64,000 bases of DNA from a virus. Under the pieces are notes generated by a model. That model saw only the letters and a list, made by a program, of their open reading frames with translations, did no database searches and was not told the DNA's origin. Of the stretch, positions 8,651 to 18,238 are shown one piece after another; position 1 is the first letter of the stretch, and the number at the start of each line of letters is the position of its first letter. The stretch covers positions 4,723-68,722 of the IMG/VR virus record IMGVR_UViG_3300042453_002197; one strand, given 5' to 3'. The translations under genes and the position numbers were made by a program.

Positions 8651-9431
8651 CTATGTTTTGTTGTGTCTAACAATATCATCTTCTATACAGTTTTCACCGT
8701 ATTGAATTTCAACTAATTTTAGTGGTACAGTGTCCTCATTGCACAACATATGCCATTCATTGGCGCTAATAGTTAAAAATTCATGTTGATTTAGTTCGGT
8801 TCTTAATTCAGAATCACTGCTTCTATTAAGAGTATACACACTGGCTTTACCAGCAGCAACGAACCAAATTTCACTTCGTTTGGCGTGACGTTGCATACTC
8901 AGACAAGAACCAGGATCGACCGTTAATTCTTTTACTTTGGTTGTATTATCGTGTTCATGTAAAATTCTATAATAGCCCCATGGACGATCAGTTTTTGGCT
9001 TTCGCCAGTCTTGTAATATCCAACTACTTGAATTCTTTTTGTCTTCACCACCTACGCCAAAGGCAAAACTTAATCTAGGATTAACAATTTCCATTTCTGG
9101 AATATTTTCTTTAGTTCTATCTCCGCCGTTGGCAAAAATGATCTCATCGTTCGGAAAAATGTCTAATGTTTCACGAATGAAATGCTTGGCGCTGCCATCA
9201 GCATCCGCGGCATCGTCAAAAAATACCACACTATCAACTATCTTTAAAGCTTGAATAATTGAAGTTCTTTCCCATATCGGCATAAATGGTCTACCTTTTT
9301 TTCTGGTCAACCATGTATCTGAATTAACACCAACAATAAGGTGGTCACCTAATTTTTTAGCCGCATGAAAATATGCTATGTGTCCGCTGTGTAGCGGATC
9401 AAAATCCGCCAGTAACAAGAACTATCTTCAT
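8651..9431 (-). CDS. cytidylyltransferase-like (HIGH) domain fused to mannose-6-phosphate-isomerase-type cupin; frameshift near 5' end
   Basis: MKIVLVTGGF then DPLHSGH in the +1 frame (extra T in run 9401-9404); FANGGDR, RPWG, SMQRH..RSE.W; strong AAGGAGGT RBS. Confidence 0.8.
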
Positions 9432-9433
9432 TG

Positions 9434-10147
9434 TTACACCTCCTTTTCAAATTTAGTTGATTTCATTTTTCTACCTTTTACATATCCACATGGTACTTCA
9501 TGTTCAAAACAACACAAATTTTTATTTGTTAATGGATCATGATACCAATGTTTACCTCTATTACCATTACCCGCTGCATGTCTCATTATTGGATCAGTCA
9601 TTTGCAATAACGATTTAATTCTATAAGACTCTCGCATGGCAGGATCTTCAAATTGTTTTTTAGCAGCGTCTCTCCATCGTTGCAATGTTTCTTCTGAATA
9701 TATTTTATTCATCCGTTTTGGCATAATCTGCATTGCTCTTTTAGCTTTCATTTTTGCTATCACTTCTTGAGAGTGTTTTTTCCCATAATATGGATTGTTT
9801 ATACCTTTTTGATATTTAGAAATAATTTTTTTTGTATCAGAAATTATATTCTCATATACGTGAGATGTAACTTTATATCGGTGTTGATACGAATTTTCTC
9901 TATTCATTAAACATCTTATTGCATAGGACATTTTCATTTTATTTTTACCACTAGTCATTTTTGTCAGTAATCGATGGCAAATAAAATGCTCTCTTGCAGT
10001 TAAAGCAACTATATTTTCTTTTTTATTACTGCCTCCTAAACTTTTTGGTATTATGTGATGTTTTTCAGTGTAGCCAATAACTGGATTATTTTTTCTATTT
10101 TTTATTATAGAATTATACCACTTTGTATATTTGTTTTCAATAAACAT
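9434..10147 (-). mobile_element. free-standing HNH homing endonuclease with NUMOD3-like motif
   Basis: EKHHIIPKSLGGSN..ENIVALTAREHFICHRLL; NPYYGKKHSQE. Confidence 0.9.
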
Positions 10148-10168
10148 AATAACTCCATATAGTTATGA

Positions 10169-10219
10169 TTATTTATACAACATGGGATCAAATCCACCCG
10201 TTACAAGAACTATCTTCAT
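10169..10219 (-). pseudogene. stranded original 5' end of the cytidylyltransferase gene
   Basis: MKIVLVTGGFDPMLYK*, ATG overlapping the upstream stop; duplicates the N-terminus encoded from 9431. Confidence 0.8.
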
Positions 10220-10668
10220 AGTGAAACATCCTCCATACCCGCTGTTCTTAATCTTGCCACATGTCCTAACATAAAGTTTTTACTCTCTAAACCTTTTATT
10301 AGACCTAGCCACTTATTTCTAATTAATGCAACTTCATTAATCAGAGTTTCATAGTCAATTACTTCATCTTCTCCATCAACGTATTTTTCAGCATCTCTAC
10401 TACTTAGAGCACGCGGATATGACTCTAAATATTTTTGAAAGTGTTTACGTCTGATTTTTCGTAATTGAATATTCATATAATTCAGCACTGCTTCGATTTC
10501 TTGAAGCTGATTAAATCGTCGTTCAGTTATACCTGGCAAATCAGCAACATTACGTTCTAATTTGCCACGAATAGAACATTCAATTTTTGCCTGAACTAAT
10601 TCATCTTCATAGTATGAAATAAAATCAGGTAATTTACCCAAGTCTTGTATTATTTGACTATACCACAT
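10216..10668 (-). CDS. uvsY: UvsY-like recombination mediator
   Basis: Size, position after UvsX, C-terminal AEKYVDGE...LRTAGMED pattern. Confidence 0.7.
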   Translation of the reverse strand: MWYSQIIQDLGKLPDFISYYEDELVQAKIECSIRGKLERNVADLPGITERRFNQLQEIEAVLNYMNIQLRKIRRKHFQKYLESYPRALSSRDAEKYVDGEDEVIDYETLINEVALIRNKWLGLIKGLESKNFMLGHVARLRTAGMEDVSL

Positions 10669-10910
10669 TAATTTTCGTAATCATCTGAACCATCAAACTC
10701 ATCCACTTCGCTTTCGCCAGCATACTCTTCGTAGCTACGTTTGGTGTATGAATCTGTAGCTTTGAATTCCGTAAGTTGCTCATCTGATAGAGCATCAATC
10801 AGATAGCTCATTAAGGTATCGCTGGCCTCTTGTCTATCCTTTGATGGAATATATTGCTTTAGAGTTTGATATGTTTCTATTAATACGTCTGTCTCAATGT
10901 TCATGTTCAA
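10668..10910 (-). CDS. hypothetical acidic protein
   Basis: 80-aa ORF tightly coupled between UvsX and UvsY. Confidence 0.75.
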   Translation of the reverse strand: MNMNIETDVLIETYQTLKQYIPSKDRQEASDTLMSYLIDALSDEQLTEFKATDSYTKRSYEEYAGESEVDEFDGSDDYEN

Positions 10911-11942
10911 TTATACCTTTGTTTTTTTATTACTTATATCAGACATAATTGTATCTAAACTATTTTCCTCGTTACGTTCCCATGCTTTTCTAAACTGTTT
11001 AATGATTACTCCATCATCATTAACATATTTCAAGCTGTTGCCATCTTTTTGCAACAAACCCTTGCCTTCAAAAAGATCAACTAGTCCACTATATGGATTC
11101 AATCCGGTTTCATATGGAATTTTTACTTGTACACTTTCAAAAGGCTTGGAATAACGTGTTTTCATAATTTTACATGCACTACGAATACCGCGCACTTCGG
11201 TAATCTTATTGCCATCCTCATCCTCTTTGAGTTTGAGTTTCTTCATAGCAACTACGATACTACTTGCATATATAAATCCTTGGCCACCCGAAATCTTATC
11301 ATCTGGGTCAAACATGTCCTGACTTGCATATGTATGATTTGTGGCAACTAATCCAATATTCAAATCACCAAACATATTAACACAGTTACGAACAAGTGCG
11401 GTTAGTGCTTTGGGCTTGCGACCTAAATCACCTTTAAGATCACCACTTTCAAACTGATTAACATCAGTCGGAGTCAACAACATACCAATACTGTCAAGTA
11501 CAAATAATACCTTTGGTCGTTGATCTTCTGGCATTGTTTTATATTCTTTGACAAATTCACTAATCAATTTGGCCACATCATCAATCATGGCCATGTTTAA
11601 CTTTAGTAACTTATCTTCACTAGTATCTACCCCAAGTGCTTTCAGCCAAGTTTCATCTAGTGCGTTTTCTGTATCGATCAAAATTACATAGATTCCACGT
11701 TCCTGTGCATTTCGCACTAGATTACCACTGCATATAAAACTTTTGCCACTGCCACTCTCACCGGCGAATACCGTTACTTTTCCCATGGGAATTCCAAGAT
11801 TGAAATCACCGCTAATAAGATAGTTTAATGCATAACTTCCCGTACTAATCCAATCAGTTGGATCATTAAATCCAACACTAATTCCTTCAATTGATTTTGT
11901 TACTGATTTTCTAAATTTTGCTACGTCAAATGGTTTAGCCAT
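10911..11942 (-). CDS. uvsX: RecA-like recombinase UvsX
   Basis: ISTGSYALN, Walker A GESGSGKS, DTENA, VLDSIG, SGG.G..YASS. Confidence 0.95.
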   Translation of the reverse strand: MAKPFDVAKFRKSVTKSIEGISVGFNDPTDWISTGSYALNYLISGDFNLGIPMGKVTVFAGESGSGKSFICSGNLVRNAQERGIYVILIDTENALDETWLKALGVDTSEDKLLKLNMAMIDDVAKLISEFVKEYKTMPEDQRPKVLFVLDSIGMLLTPTDVNQFESGDLKGDLGRKPKALTALVRNCVNMFGDLNIGLVATNHTYASQDMFDPDDKISGGQGFIYASSIVVAMKKLKLKEDEDGNKITEVRGIRSACKIMKTRYSKPFESVQVKIPYETGLNPYSGLVDLFEGKGLLQKDGNSLKYVNDDGVIIKQFRKAWERNEENSLDTIMSDISNKKTKV

Positions 11943-11975
11943 ACTATATTCCTTTTAATTACAATAGTTTATACG

Positions 11976-12002
11976 AAAAAAGGGTACTGTTACATACCCT
12001 TT
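11976..12002 (-). terminator. intrinsic terminator after gp32
   Basis: AAAGGGTA/TACCCTTT stem with T tract. Confidence 0.6.
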
Positions 12003-12024
12003 GTGTGGTTGTTTTATTTTTTAA

Positions 12025-13068
12025 TTAAGCTTTTTGACGATTACGAATCATAGCCAAAATATCTTCTGCACGTTGTGCAGGCTTAACTGTTATAGATGGC
12101 TGTGATTTTACCTCTGGTACAAACGGAGAATCATCATCTTCGTCTGGTGTAGATACTGGTGATTTCACAGACGCTGTTTTAGTAGCCGATGTCATAGATA
12201 TAGAACTATTGTTTTCGGCTCTCTTTGGTGAAGGAGTTTCTTCATCATCGCCACCATAACTAACTTTACCTCCAGAAGTAAAGCCAAGTGGCTTAAAGTA
12301 TGATGCCCAACGTTCAGCATCGTACAGTTCACCATTTACGCTAGCCTCGAACATTTCTTTAATTATTGAAACTTCTTCAGGAGTTGGCTTCTTAGGCAAA
12401 AAGTCTGCCAAATTAAACAGTCCATATTGTTCAATTGCTGCCAATTCTGCTTGAGACAATGCACTTTCTTTACGAGCCCATGAACTGGTGCTGTAATCAG
12501 CATATCCACCCTTGCTTGTTTTCTTGATATTAAAATCAAGACCTTGCTCATAATCAGTTGGCATATTTTCCAACTCTGGATCTAGCAATGCATTCTTTAC
12601 CAGATTGAAAATCTGTGGGCTAATTACGAACCTACGAATAGGATTCGCTGGTTGCTTGTCGTCTTGTACGGGATTATCACGAACAAATCCTTGAAACAGA
12701 TAGCTCTTCTTTTTCCAGTACTTACGACCCATTTCTTCCATGCTCTTGTCCTTGAACCAAGTTCTGACTTCAGTCAAAATTGGACAGGATTCATTCCACA
12801 TTTCCATACATGGAACTTGTACAGTAACAAGCTTGCTTTCTGCTTGACCCTTTACACCGATAAAAGGTAGCTTAATTGTTAGTTTTTCTAGCCAAAAGTA
12901 TGGATTTTTTTGATTTGCGTCTGGGAGAAATCTAACGCGAGTGATTGTATTTTCTGGCATATTCCAATGTGCGAATAAGCCGTTGTCTGCTCCCATTGAA
13001 CTACCAGAAAGTTTGGTATTTTCTTGTTCTTGTAGTTTTGCTCTAATTTGTGCTAATGTTGTTGCCAT
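12025..13068 (-). CDS. single-stranded DNA-binding protein (T4 gp32-like)
   Basis: RFLPD, C..M....CPI, YWKK, DF.IKKT..GGYADYS.S, acidic low-complexity tail. Confidence 0.9.
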   Translation of the reverse strand: MATTLAQIRAKLQEQENTKLSGSSMGADNGLFAHWNMPENTITRVRFLPDANQKNPYFWLEKLTIKLPFIGVKGQAESKLVTVQVPCMEMWNESCPILTEVRTWFKDKSMEEMGRKYWKKKSYLFQGFVRDNPVQDDKQPANPIRRFVISPQIFNLVKNALLDPELENMPTDYEQGLDFNIKKTSKGGYADYSTSSWARKESALSQAELAAIEQYGLFNLADFLPKKPTPEEVSIIKEMFEASVNGELYDAERWASYFKPLGFTSGGKVSYGGDDEETPSPKRAENNSSISMTSATKTASVKSPVSTPDEDDDSPFVPEVKSQPSITVKPAQRAEDILAMIRNRQKA

Positions 13069-13222
13069 GATGTTTTTCCTTAATGTTTAACCATGATGAT
13101 GTGCCTAGATACAAAGTCGCCCTGTGCAACTTTGTAACATTATTATTTATCTTTTTTCTTGGAAGATGTAAATTTTCTTAGGCATGAAGCACATTATATG
13201 CATCACATAATCGAAAATCAAT

Positions 13223-14605
13223 TTATTTGGCTAAACCGGCTAACTGAAGAAGTTTTGATATATCTTGTTCCATTACGCCTTTGCCATTTGGTAGTTCTCT
13301 ATCAAATGTACTACTACCATAGGAACCATAGTCGTAATTTCTAACTTTCATAGGCGGAAATTTTTCTGTTGGATCATGGGAGGCAATGATGTCTTTTGCT
13401 CGCTCAACTTCTGATTTACTTGTGAAGTAAAAAATACCATCAATAAGTTTGTAATCAAAATTATTTTTATCCAACAAATTAGTAAGACTTGAGCTTTCAA
13501 CATCATAATCAAATTCACTATTTGAATCCATGTCTCTGGGAGTAGGACTAATAGTATTAACGTCTGTACTCATGTCCTCAATCATATTATTGGCCCAGGA
13601 TTCAAATTCTTTACCTATTCCACCAACATCAGTTTCGTAAGCTTTTTTGACTACAGGTAATGCACTCATTAATCTATCATCGAATATTCTTTTTACAAAA
13701 CGCTCTTTTAATTCATTTAAATCTATACTGTCATCAGTTTCATCTAACTCTGGAGTCCATAAATTTTTATATTGATCGTAACCTCGTTGACTACGCATGG
13801 TAAATAAATCACGATGTAATTTACCATAGTAGTTTATAGCCGATTCAATCATTTGATTAGTTTCAACGTCTTCAAATGTTCTACCACGCATGTTTCGCAC
13901 AAACGTCTTTAGTGATTTCATTTCTGAAACAATTTTAGTAATATGTTTACCGAAATCATCATGTAGATGACCACCATTTTTAACATGTCTTGCAAAGACT
14001 CTAGCACCATTTAAGGTAGTACCCTCTGGTAATTTATATCTCTCACCTTCAGCATTTTCTATATAAAAAGTGCTTATATTTCTACTTCTTGCGGCTGGAT
14101 CAGTATCATCAATGATAGGTTTGCTATGTCTGGTAATTATTCGAACATCATCTAAATTTTCATAGCTACTTTTACTTGTGCCATAACGTTTAGATTCACT
14201 AACTTCATTTTTGTTTTTTGTGGTATCAGTGCTTTTAATATGTACTAAATCTTTAATGTTTAAGCCGCTTTTATCAATGTCTCTGACATCGAAAGTTTCA
14301 ATAGTAGGATAATTACTTTTAGCAAAAAGACGTAAACTTTTTAAATAGTCAAACCATTCTTTTTTATCGGTAGGATCCAAAAATTTATCTATGTTTTTAT
14401 CATAGTATACTTTTAAAGTATTGTTGATCAAAGAAATATTTACATGTCCTAATGATCTACCATCCTTTTCAAAATCGAAATAGTAAAATCTTGCAGTTTC
14501 AGGATCAAGAGTTGTTTGTAGCTTTTCATCTTTGATTACCAAATTTGAAAATCTATTTCTAATCTTGTTAAAGAGTTCTTTTGCTACTAAATTTAATTCG
14601 TCCAT
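13223..14605 (-). CDS. hypothetical probable head-associated protein
   Basis: 460-aa ORF after terminase; late promoter; C-terminal LLQLAGL motif. Confidence 0.6.
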   Translation of the reverse strand: MDELNLVAKELFNKIRNRFSNLVIKDEKLQTTLDPETARFYYFDFEKDGRSLGHVNISLINNTLKVYYDKNIDKFLDPTDKKEWFDYLKSLRLFAKSNYPTIETFDVRDIDKSGLNIKDLVHIKSTDTTKNKNEVSESKRYGTSKSSYENLDDVRIITRHSKPIIDDTDPAARSRNISTFYIENAEGERYKLPEGTTLNGARVFARHVKNGGHLHDDFGKHITKIVSEMKSLKTFVRNMRGRTFEDVETNQMIESAINYYGKLHRDLFTMRSQRGYDQYKNLWTPELDETDDSIDLNELKERFVKRIFDDRLMSALPVVKKAYETDVGGIGKEFESWANNMIEDMSTDVNTISPTPRDMDSNSEFDYDVESSSLTNLLDKNNFDYKLIDGIFYFTSKSEVERAKDIIASHDPTEKFPPMKVRNYDYGSYGSSTFDRELPNGKGVMEQDISKLLQLAGLAK

Positions 14606-14622
14606 AGTTTTATTTATCACAT

Positions 14623-16176
14623 CTAAGCAATAATAAATGGCATTGGCAATACTAGATCATCTGATTTATCTTTTAATTGTTCATCTAAATTCATATCAAA
14701 TTCTCTCAGGAATGTTGCCATTCTCACTGCTAATAATAAAGCCATAACTAAATCATCTGTTTCGCCTGCTTTTGCCTGAAAGGTAACACCAGACGCAACA
14801 AACGTTTTAAGTTCACTTATTAAGTTTTTACTAGCAACAGTCATTTTTTTATTTTCAATCAAACTTTTCAATTTACTACATACTGCAATTTTTGATTTAT
14901 TAGTAGTTGTAAATCCTTTTCTATAAGCACGGGTAGTACCCGCCCGTTTCGGTTCACTTAGAAACACACCTTTGATGTTTTCTTCTCCGATTTCAGATAT
15001 TGCCAGTAAAGCTGCTTCACCTATTGCATTATTTTCTACACTGTAATACACAGTATTTGAAGTTTGTGTTACTTCAACTAATGTTTTAGTAATTTCAGAT
15101 AAGATTTTTATTTGTTGTTGAATTGGTGTTTTATTGTGAGTCCATTCAGCAACTTGATACATTGATGGCAATTCAAGCACTTGAATAGCTGCCGGATCGC
15201 CACCAGTGCCCAAACTTGGGTCTAAAGCTACTATATATGTTTTGTTTGCTTCTGGTTTTTTATACCAACGAATTTGTCCCTGCTTTGTCAGTGGATCTAT
15301 ACCACCTAACTCAAGCAATGTAATTGAATTTATTAGGGTTTCTTCTTCGATAATAAATTCACAGTTCATTTCTCTACGAAAACGTTCTTCACCTAACTGA
15401 GCCCGTTGTTGTTTTTCCCAATTTTCATCACGGTCTGGATGTTCTTGCCAGTAACTACGGAAAGCCTTGAAACCATTTATTCCTATCTCGGTTTCATTGC
15501 CATATTCATCCACACATTTGTTTGCTTGTTTCCAAATAATAGCAAATTGATCTTCATCACTGTTCGGTGTACTAGTAATTATACATTTACCACCAGTTGC
15601 TAGAGTTGGACTGATAGATGTCCAGAATTCTTTTGCCATTCGTGGTTTTACGAATGCAAACTCATCTAAGTACAATAGTGATATAGCCATACCACGACCT
15701 GTATTATCTGTTGTAGTTGTGCTGACAATACGCGATCCATTATCGAAATCTATGTTACCTTTATTGTATGTAGTTACACCTGCACGTATAAAATCTGGAA
15801 CACTTTCATATCCATATCTTATACGTTGCATTATTTCTTGTGATCCTGTATATTTGTGCGCTGCAACCAGAATAGTACTATCTGGTACAAACATAGCATA
15901 CCATAACAGATATCCGGCAGCAGTGGTCGATTTGCCAGTTTGTCGTGGCATCAGACTAATGCTGAATCTATACTTATGATAAGAATTTACTAATCTTTTT
16001 TGATATTCAAAAGGACTATATCTAAGTCTTCCCTTTACGGGATGCTGTATATAAAAATAATTACTTAAAAAGTATTCTGGTCCGGTAATAGGATCTGCAC
16101 ACTTTAGTATTTCATTTATTTGTTCTAATGTGTAAGATTCTTGTAAGTTTGGCTTTTTAATTAAAATTGATTCCAT
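14623..16176 (-). CDS. terminase large subunit (T4 gp17-like)
   Basis: PRQTGKST Walker A, LYLDEFAF Walker B, ITSTPN, nuclease ALDPS and DDLVMA. Confidence 0.96.
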   Translation of the reverse strand: MESILIKKPNLQESYTLEQINEILKCADPITGPEYFLSNYFYIQHPVKGRLRYSPFEYQKRLVNSYHKYRFSISLMPRQTGKSTTAAGYLLWYAMFVPDSTILVAAHKYTGSQEIMQRIRYGYESVPDFIRAGVTTYNKGNIDFDNGSRIVSTTTTDNTGRGMAISLLYLDEFAFVKPRMAKEFWTSISPTLATGGKCIITSTPNSDEDQFAIIWKQANKCVDEYGNETEIGINGFKAFRSYWQEHPDRDENWEKQQRAQLGEERFRREMNCEFIIEEETLINSITLLELGGIDPLTKQGQIRWYKKPEANKTYIVALDPSLGTGGDPAAIQVLELPSMYQVAEWTHNKTPIQQQIKILSEITKTLVEVTQTSNTVYYSVENNAIGEAALLAISEIGEENIKGVFLSEPKRAGTTRAYRKGFTTTNKSKIAVCSKLKSLIENKKMTVASKNLISELKTFVASGVTFQAKAGETDDLVMALLLAVRMATFLREFDMNLDEQLKDKSDDLVLPMPFIIA

Positions 16177-16202
16177 AATATCTATTTATTATAGAATTTT
16201 TT

Positions 16203-16940
16203 TCAAATTGGTTTTTCGCCAGTTAGTTTAGGAAGTGAAAACCAAAGTTTAAACCCTTTATAAAAACTTCCTCTATACGATGCTGTTTTTAAACCTTCTC
16301 TGTTGATTTTATTATCTTTACACCATTTTGATAAATTTATTACTTCTAAAATTTCTCCGTTTTCTTTTATTATTTTATGTTTTTTACTATTTTTGTGAAT
16401 TTTAGGTTTATATTTATTTTCTATGCTTGTATCTTTGTCAATCTGTAATAAGTAATAATCGTCGTATGGGCGATTTTCTATATAAGCACAGTTCATTCCA
16501 CTTCTAGATACTTTATTTTCTTCACACCACTTATTCAATGACAATATAATTGTATCAATATTCCTACTTGGACTTATTATTCTCCATTGTTTTGAGTTTA
16601 ATTCATCAGTTGTTTTTTTAATAGTTGGATCAAAAATTCCTACTTTATTTTTGTAATTATTGAGGCCTGCCACTCTTGCTAAATTTGCTCTTTTTTCTTT
16701 TCCTTCTGTCGTCCAAAATTTATGTCCAACACTTGCCCACAAAATGAAATCATTTTCATGAATTCTTGCATGTTCGTCGGCCGATATTGCTTTTAAATTA
16801 TTTATCTCGTTATTTTCTGGATTTCCATCAATATGATGAATATGATAACTTATTCCATTTTCATCTTTCGGTATGTTACCGTAATGCTCTTTCCATATTT
16901 TTCTGTAATTGACTTTTGCTTTTCTATGCTTTTTACTCAT
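16203..16940 (-). mobile_element. free-standing HNH homing endonuclease
   Basis: YHIHHIDGNPENNEINNLKAISADEHARIH; two repeated L.KWC..N DNA-binding modules; ATG overlaps upstream TGA. Confidence 0.88.
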
Positions 16941-17149
16941 ATCGGAGTCTCGCCTGTTAACCATGGCTTAGCAAAAAATAACCGAAACCAGGCCTGATCC
17001 CCTGGTCTAATATCATGCTTACGCATTAACTGCGCTTTTTCTGTCCCAGTATAACTAATGTTTTCCGTTTGTCCTGGTTTATATTCTTGCCACTTAGGTC
17101 TATTAGAAATTCCAGCTAAGACTTTTAGTTCTTGTAATGAATCCATCAT
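16937..17149 (-). CDS. hypothetical protein
   Basis: 70-aa coupled ORF; LKVLAGI motif; C-terminus duplicated at the end of the HNH. Confidence 0.8.
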   Translation of the reverse strand: MMDSLQELKVLAGISNRPKWQEYKPGQTENISYTGTEKAQLMRKHDIRPGDQAWFRLFFAKPWLTGETPI

Positions 17150-17529
17150 ACACCATAACGATTTTTCTTTTTACTAGCAACTGGACTTACTTTATTTGTT
17201 GACTTCATTTCCTGACTACGTAAATCGCCACCATTTAAATCTTCGTAATGTGAACCAACAGCACCATATGCTTGCTTTAACATTTTTTGTTCAATTTCAG
17301 TGTATGGAACCGCAATGTTGTTTCTTCCAGCCCATGATTCGGCATCTATCTCTGGGCGTAATGGTGAACTTCCATCAGAAGATGCTACCGCCATCATTAC
17401 TCTATTAAGTTCGTATATTCTATCAGCAAAACGTTTATCTCTGAATTTATTAAGTCCTGCACTTGCTTGTTGATATCTACGAGGTGCATTGCCTACATGT
17501 TGTTCAGAGATGATTTCTTTTATTTTCAT
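17146..17529 (-). CDS. hypothetical probable internal head protein
   Basis: Start MKIKEIISE matches the neighbour's N-terminus. Confidence 0.7.
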   Translation of the reverse strand: MKIKEIISEQHVGNAPRRYQQASAGLNKFRDKRFADRIYELNRVMMAVASSDGSSPLRPEIDAESWAGRNNIAVPYTEIEQKMLKQAYGAVGSHYEDLNGGDLRSQEMKSTNKVSPVASKKKNRYGV

Positions 17530-17533
17530 TTCT

Positions 17534-18238
17534 TTACCATTTCCTGCAAGACCAATATCTAGCTTTCCATCTTGGCCCAGGAGTCTCACAACGGTGTCTT
17601 GCTCTAAAACTTTTTCTACGAGCAGGATTTGATTTTTTAATTCGCATGTTAGGATCGCCAAAATTAACTTTGACTACATTACCCTTTGGTCCCTTGACAT
17701 AAACTTTGAATTTTTTAACATCGCCGCGTGTAGGTTTACCTAAAGAGACTTTATTGCCTCTATACTCTGCCTCTGTTACTACTGGTGGCTTAATGTCATT
17801 TTTATCGTCGTCAGTTGTAGTAAATTCATCGGTAATTCTGTCTGTCAAAACATCTATTATTTTATTGTAGTCAACATCAGGATTTAAATCATAATCCATT
17901 ATTACTTCATCAAACATGTCTTGAAGTCTAGAAGAAACATATCTTTCTTCTCCCGTAGCAGGATTATTCATTACATCGGTAATACCACGAGTGCCGTCCG
18001 CTAACTGTCGAAATATCATATCTACATCACGCATTCTACTTTCAGTAAATATGAACTTAGTGTCCAGCAATCCATTTGTTTTAAAAAGATTGAACACAGC
18101 AGAATCAGATTCAACTATAACACCGTCTGGCATAAATCCTATGATGCCAGTTTCAATTAGAATATTTCCCAATTCAATATCAAAACTGTCACCTAAACTA
18201 GGAACATTTTCTGACAATAAAATTTCTTTTATTTTCAT
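17534..18238 (-). CDS. hypothetical probable internal head protein with basic C-terminal domain
   Basis: MKIKEILLSE; C-terminal KVNFGDPNM...RRKSFRARHRC...ARYWSCRKW. Confidence 0.75.
   Translation of the reverse strand: MKIKEILLSENVPSLGDSFDIELGNILIETGIIGFMPDGVIVESDSAVFNLFKTNGLLDTKFIFTESRMRDVDMIFRQLADGTRGITDVMNNPATGEERYVSSRLQDMFDEVIMDYDLNPDVDYNKIIDVLTDRITDEFTTTDDDKNDIKPPVVTEAEYRGNKVSLGKPTRGDVKKFKVYVKGPKGNVVKVNFGDPNMRIKKSNPARRKSFRARHRCETPGPRWKARYWSCRKW

Noticed and set aside
9390-10219. Group I intron around the HNH gene
   Set aside because: Only a few dozen non-coding nt flank the HNH and no catalytic core is visible; the duplicated start explains the layout without splicing.
14623-16176. Intein or intron in terminase (also checked UvsX)
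   Set aside because: Normal lengths, contiguous motifs, no splice-junction or LAGLIDADG motifs.
17529-17661. Long N-terminal extensions in the ORF track (also 16964, 45971, 53196)
   Set aside because: They overlap upstream genes; downstream ATGs near the preceding stop codons are more plausible starts.
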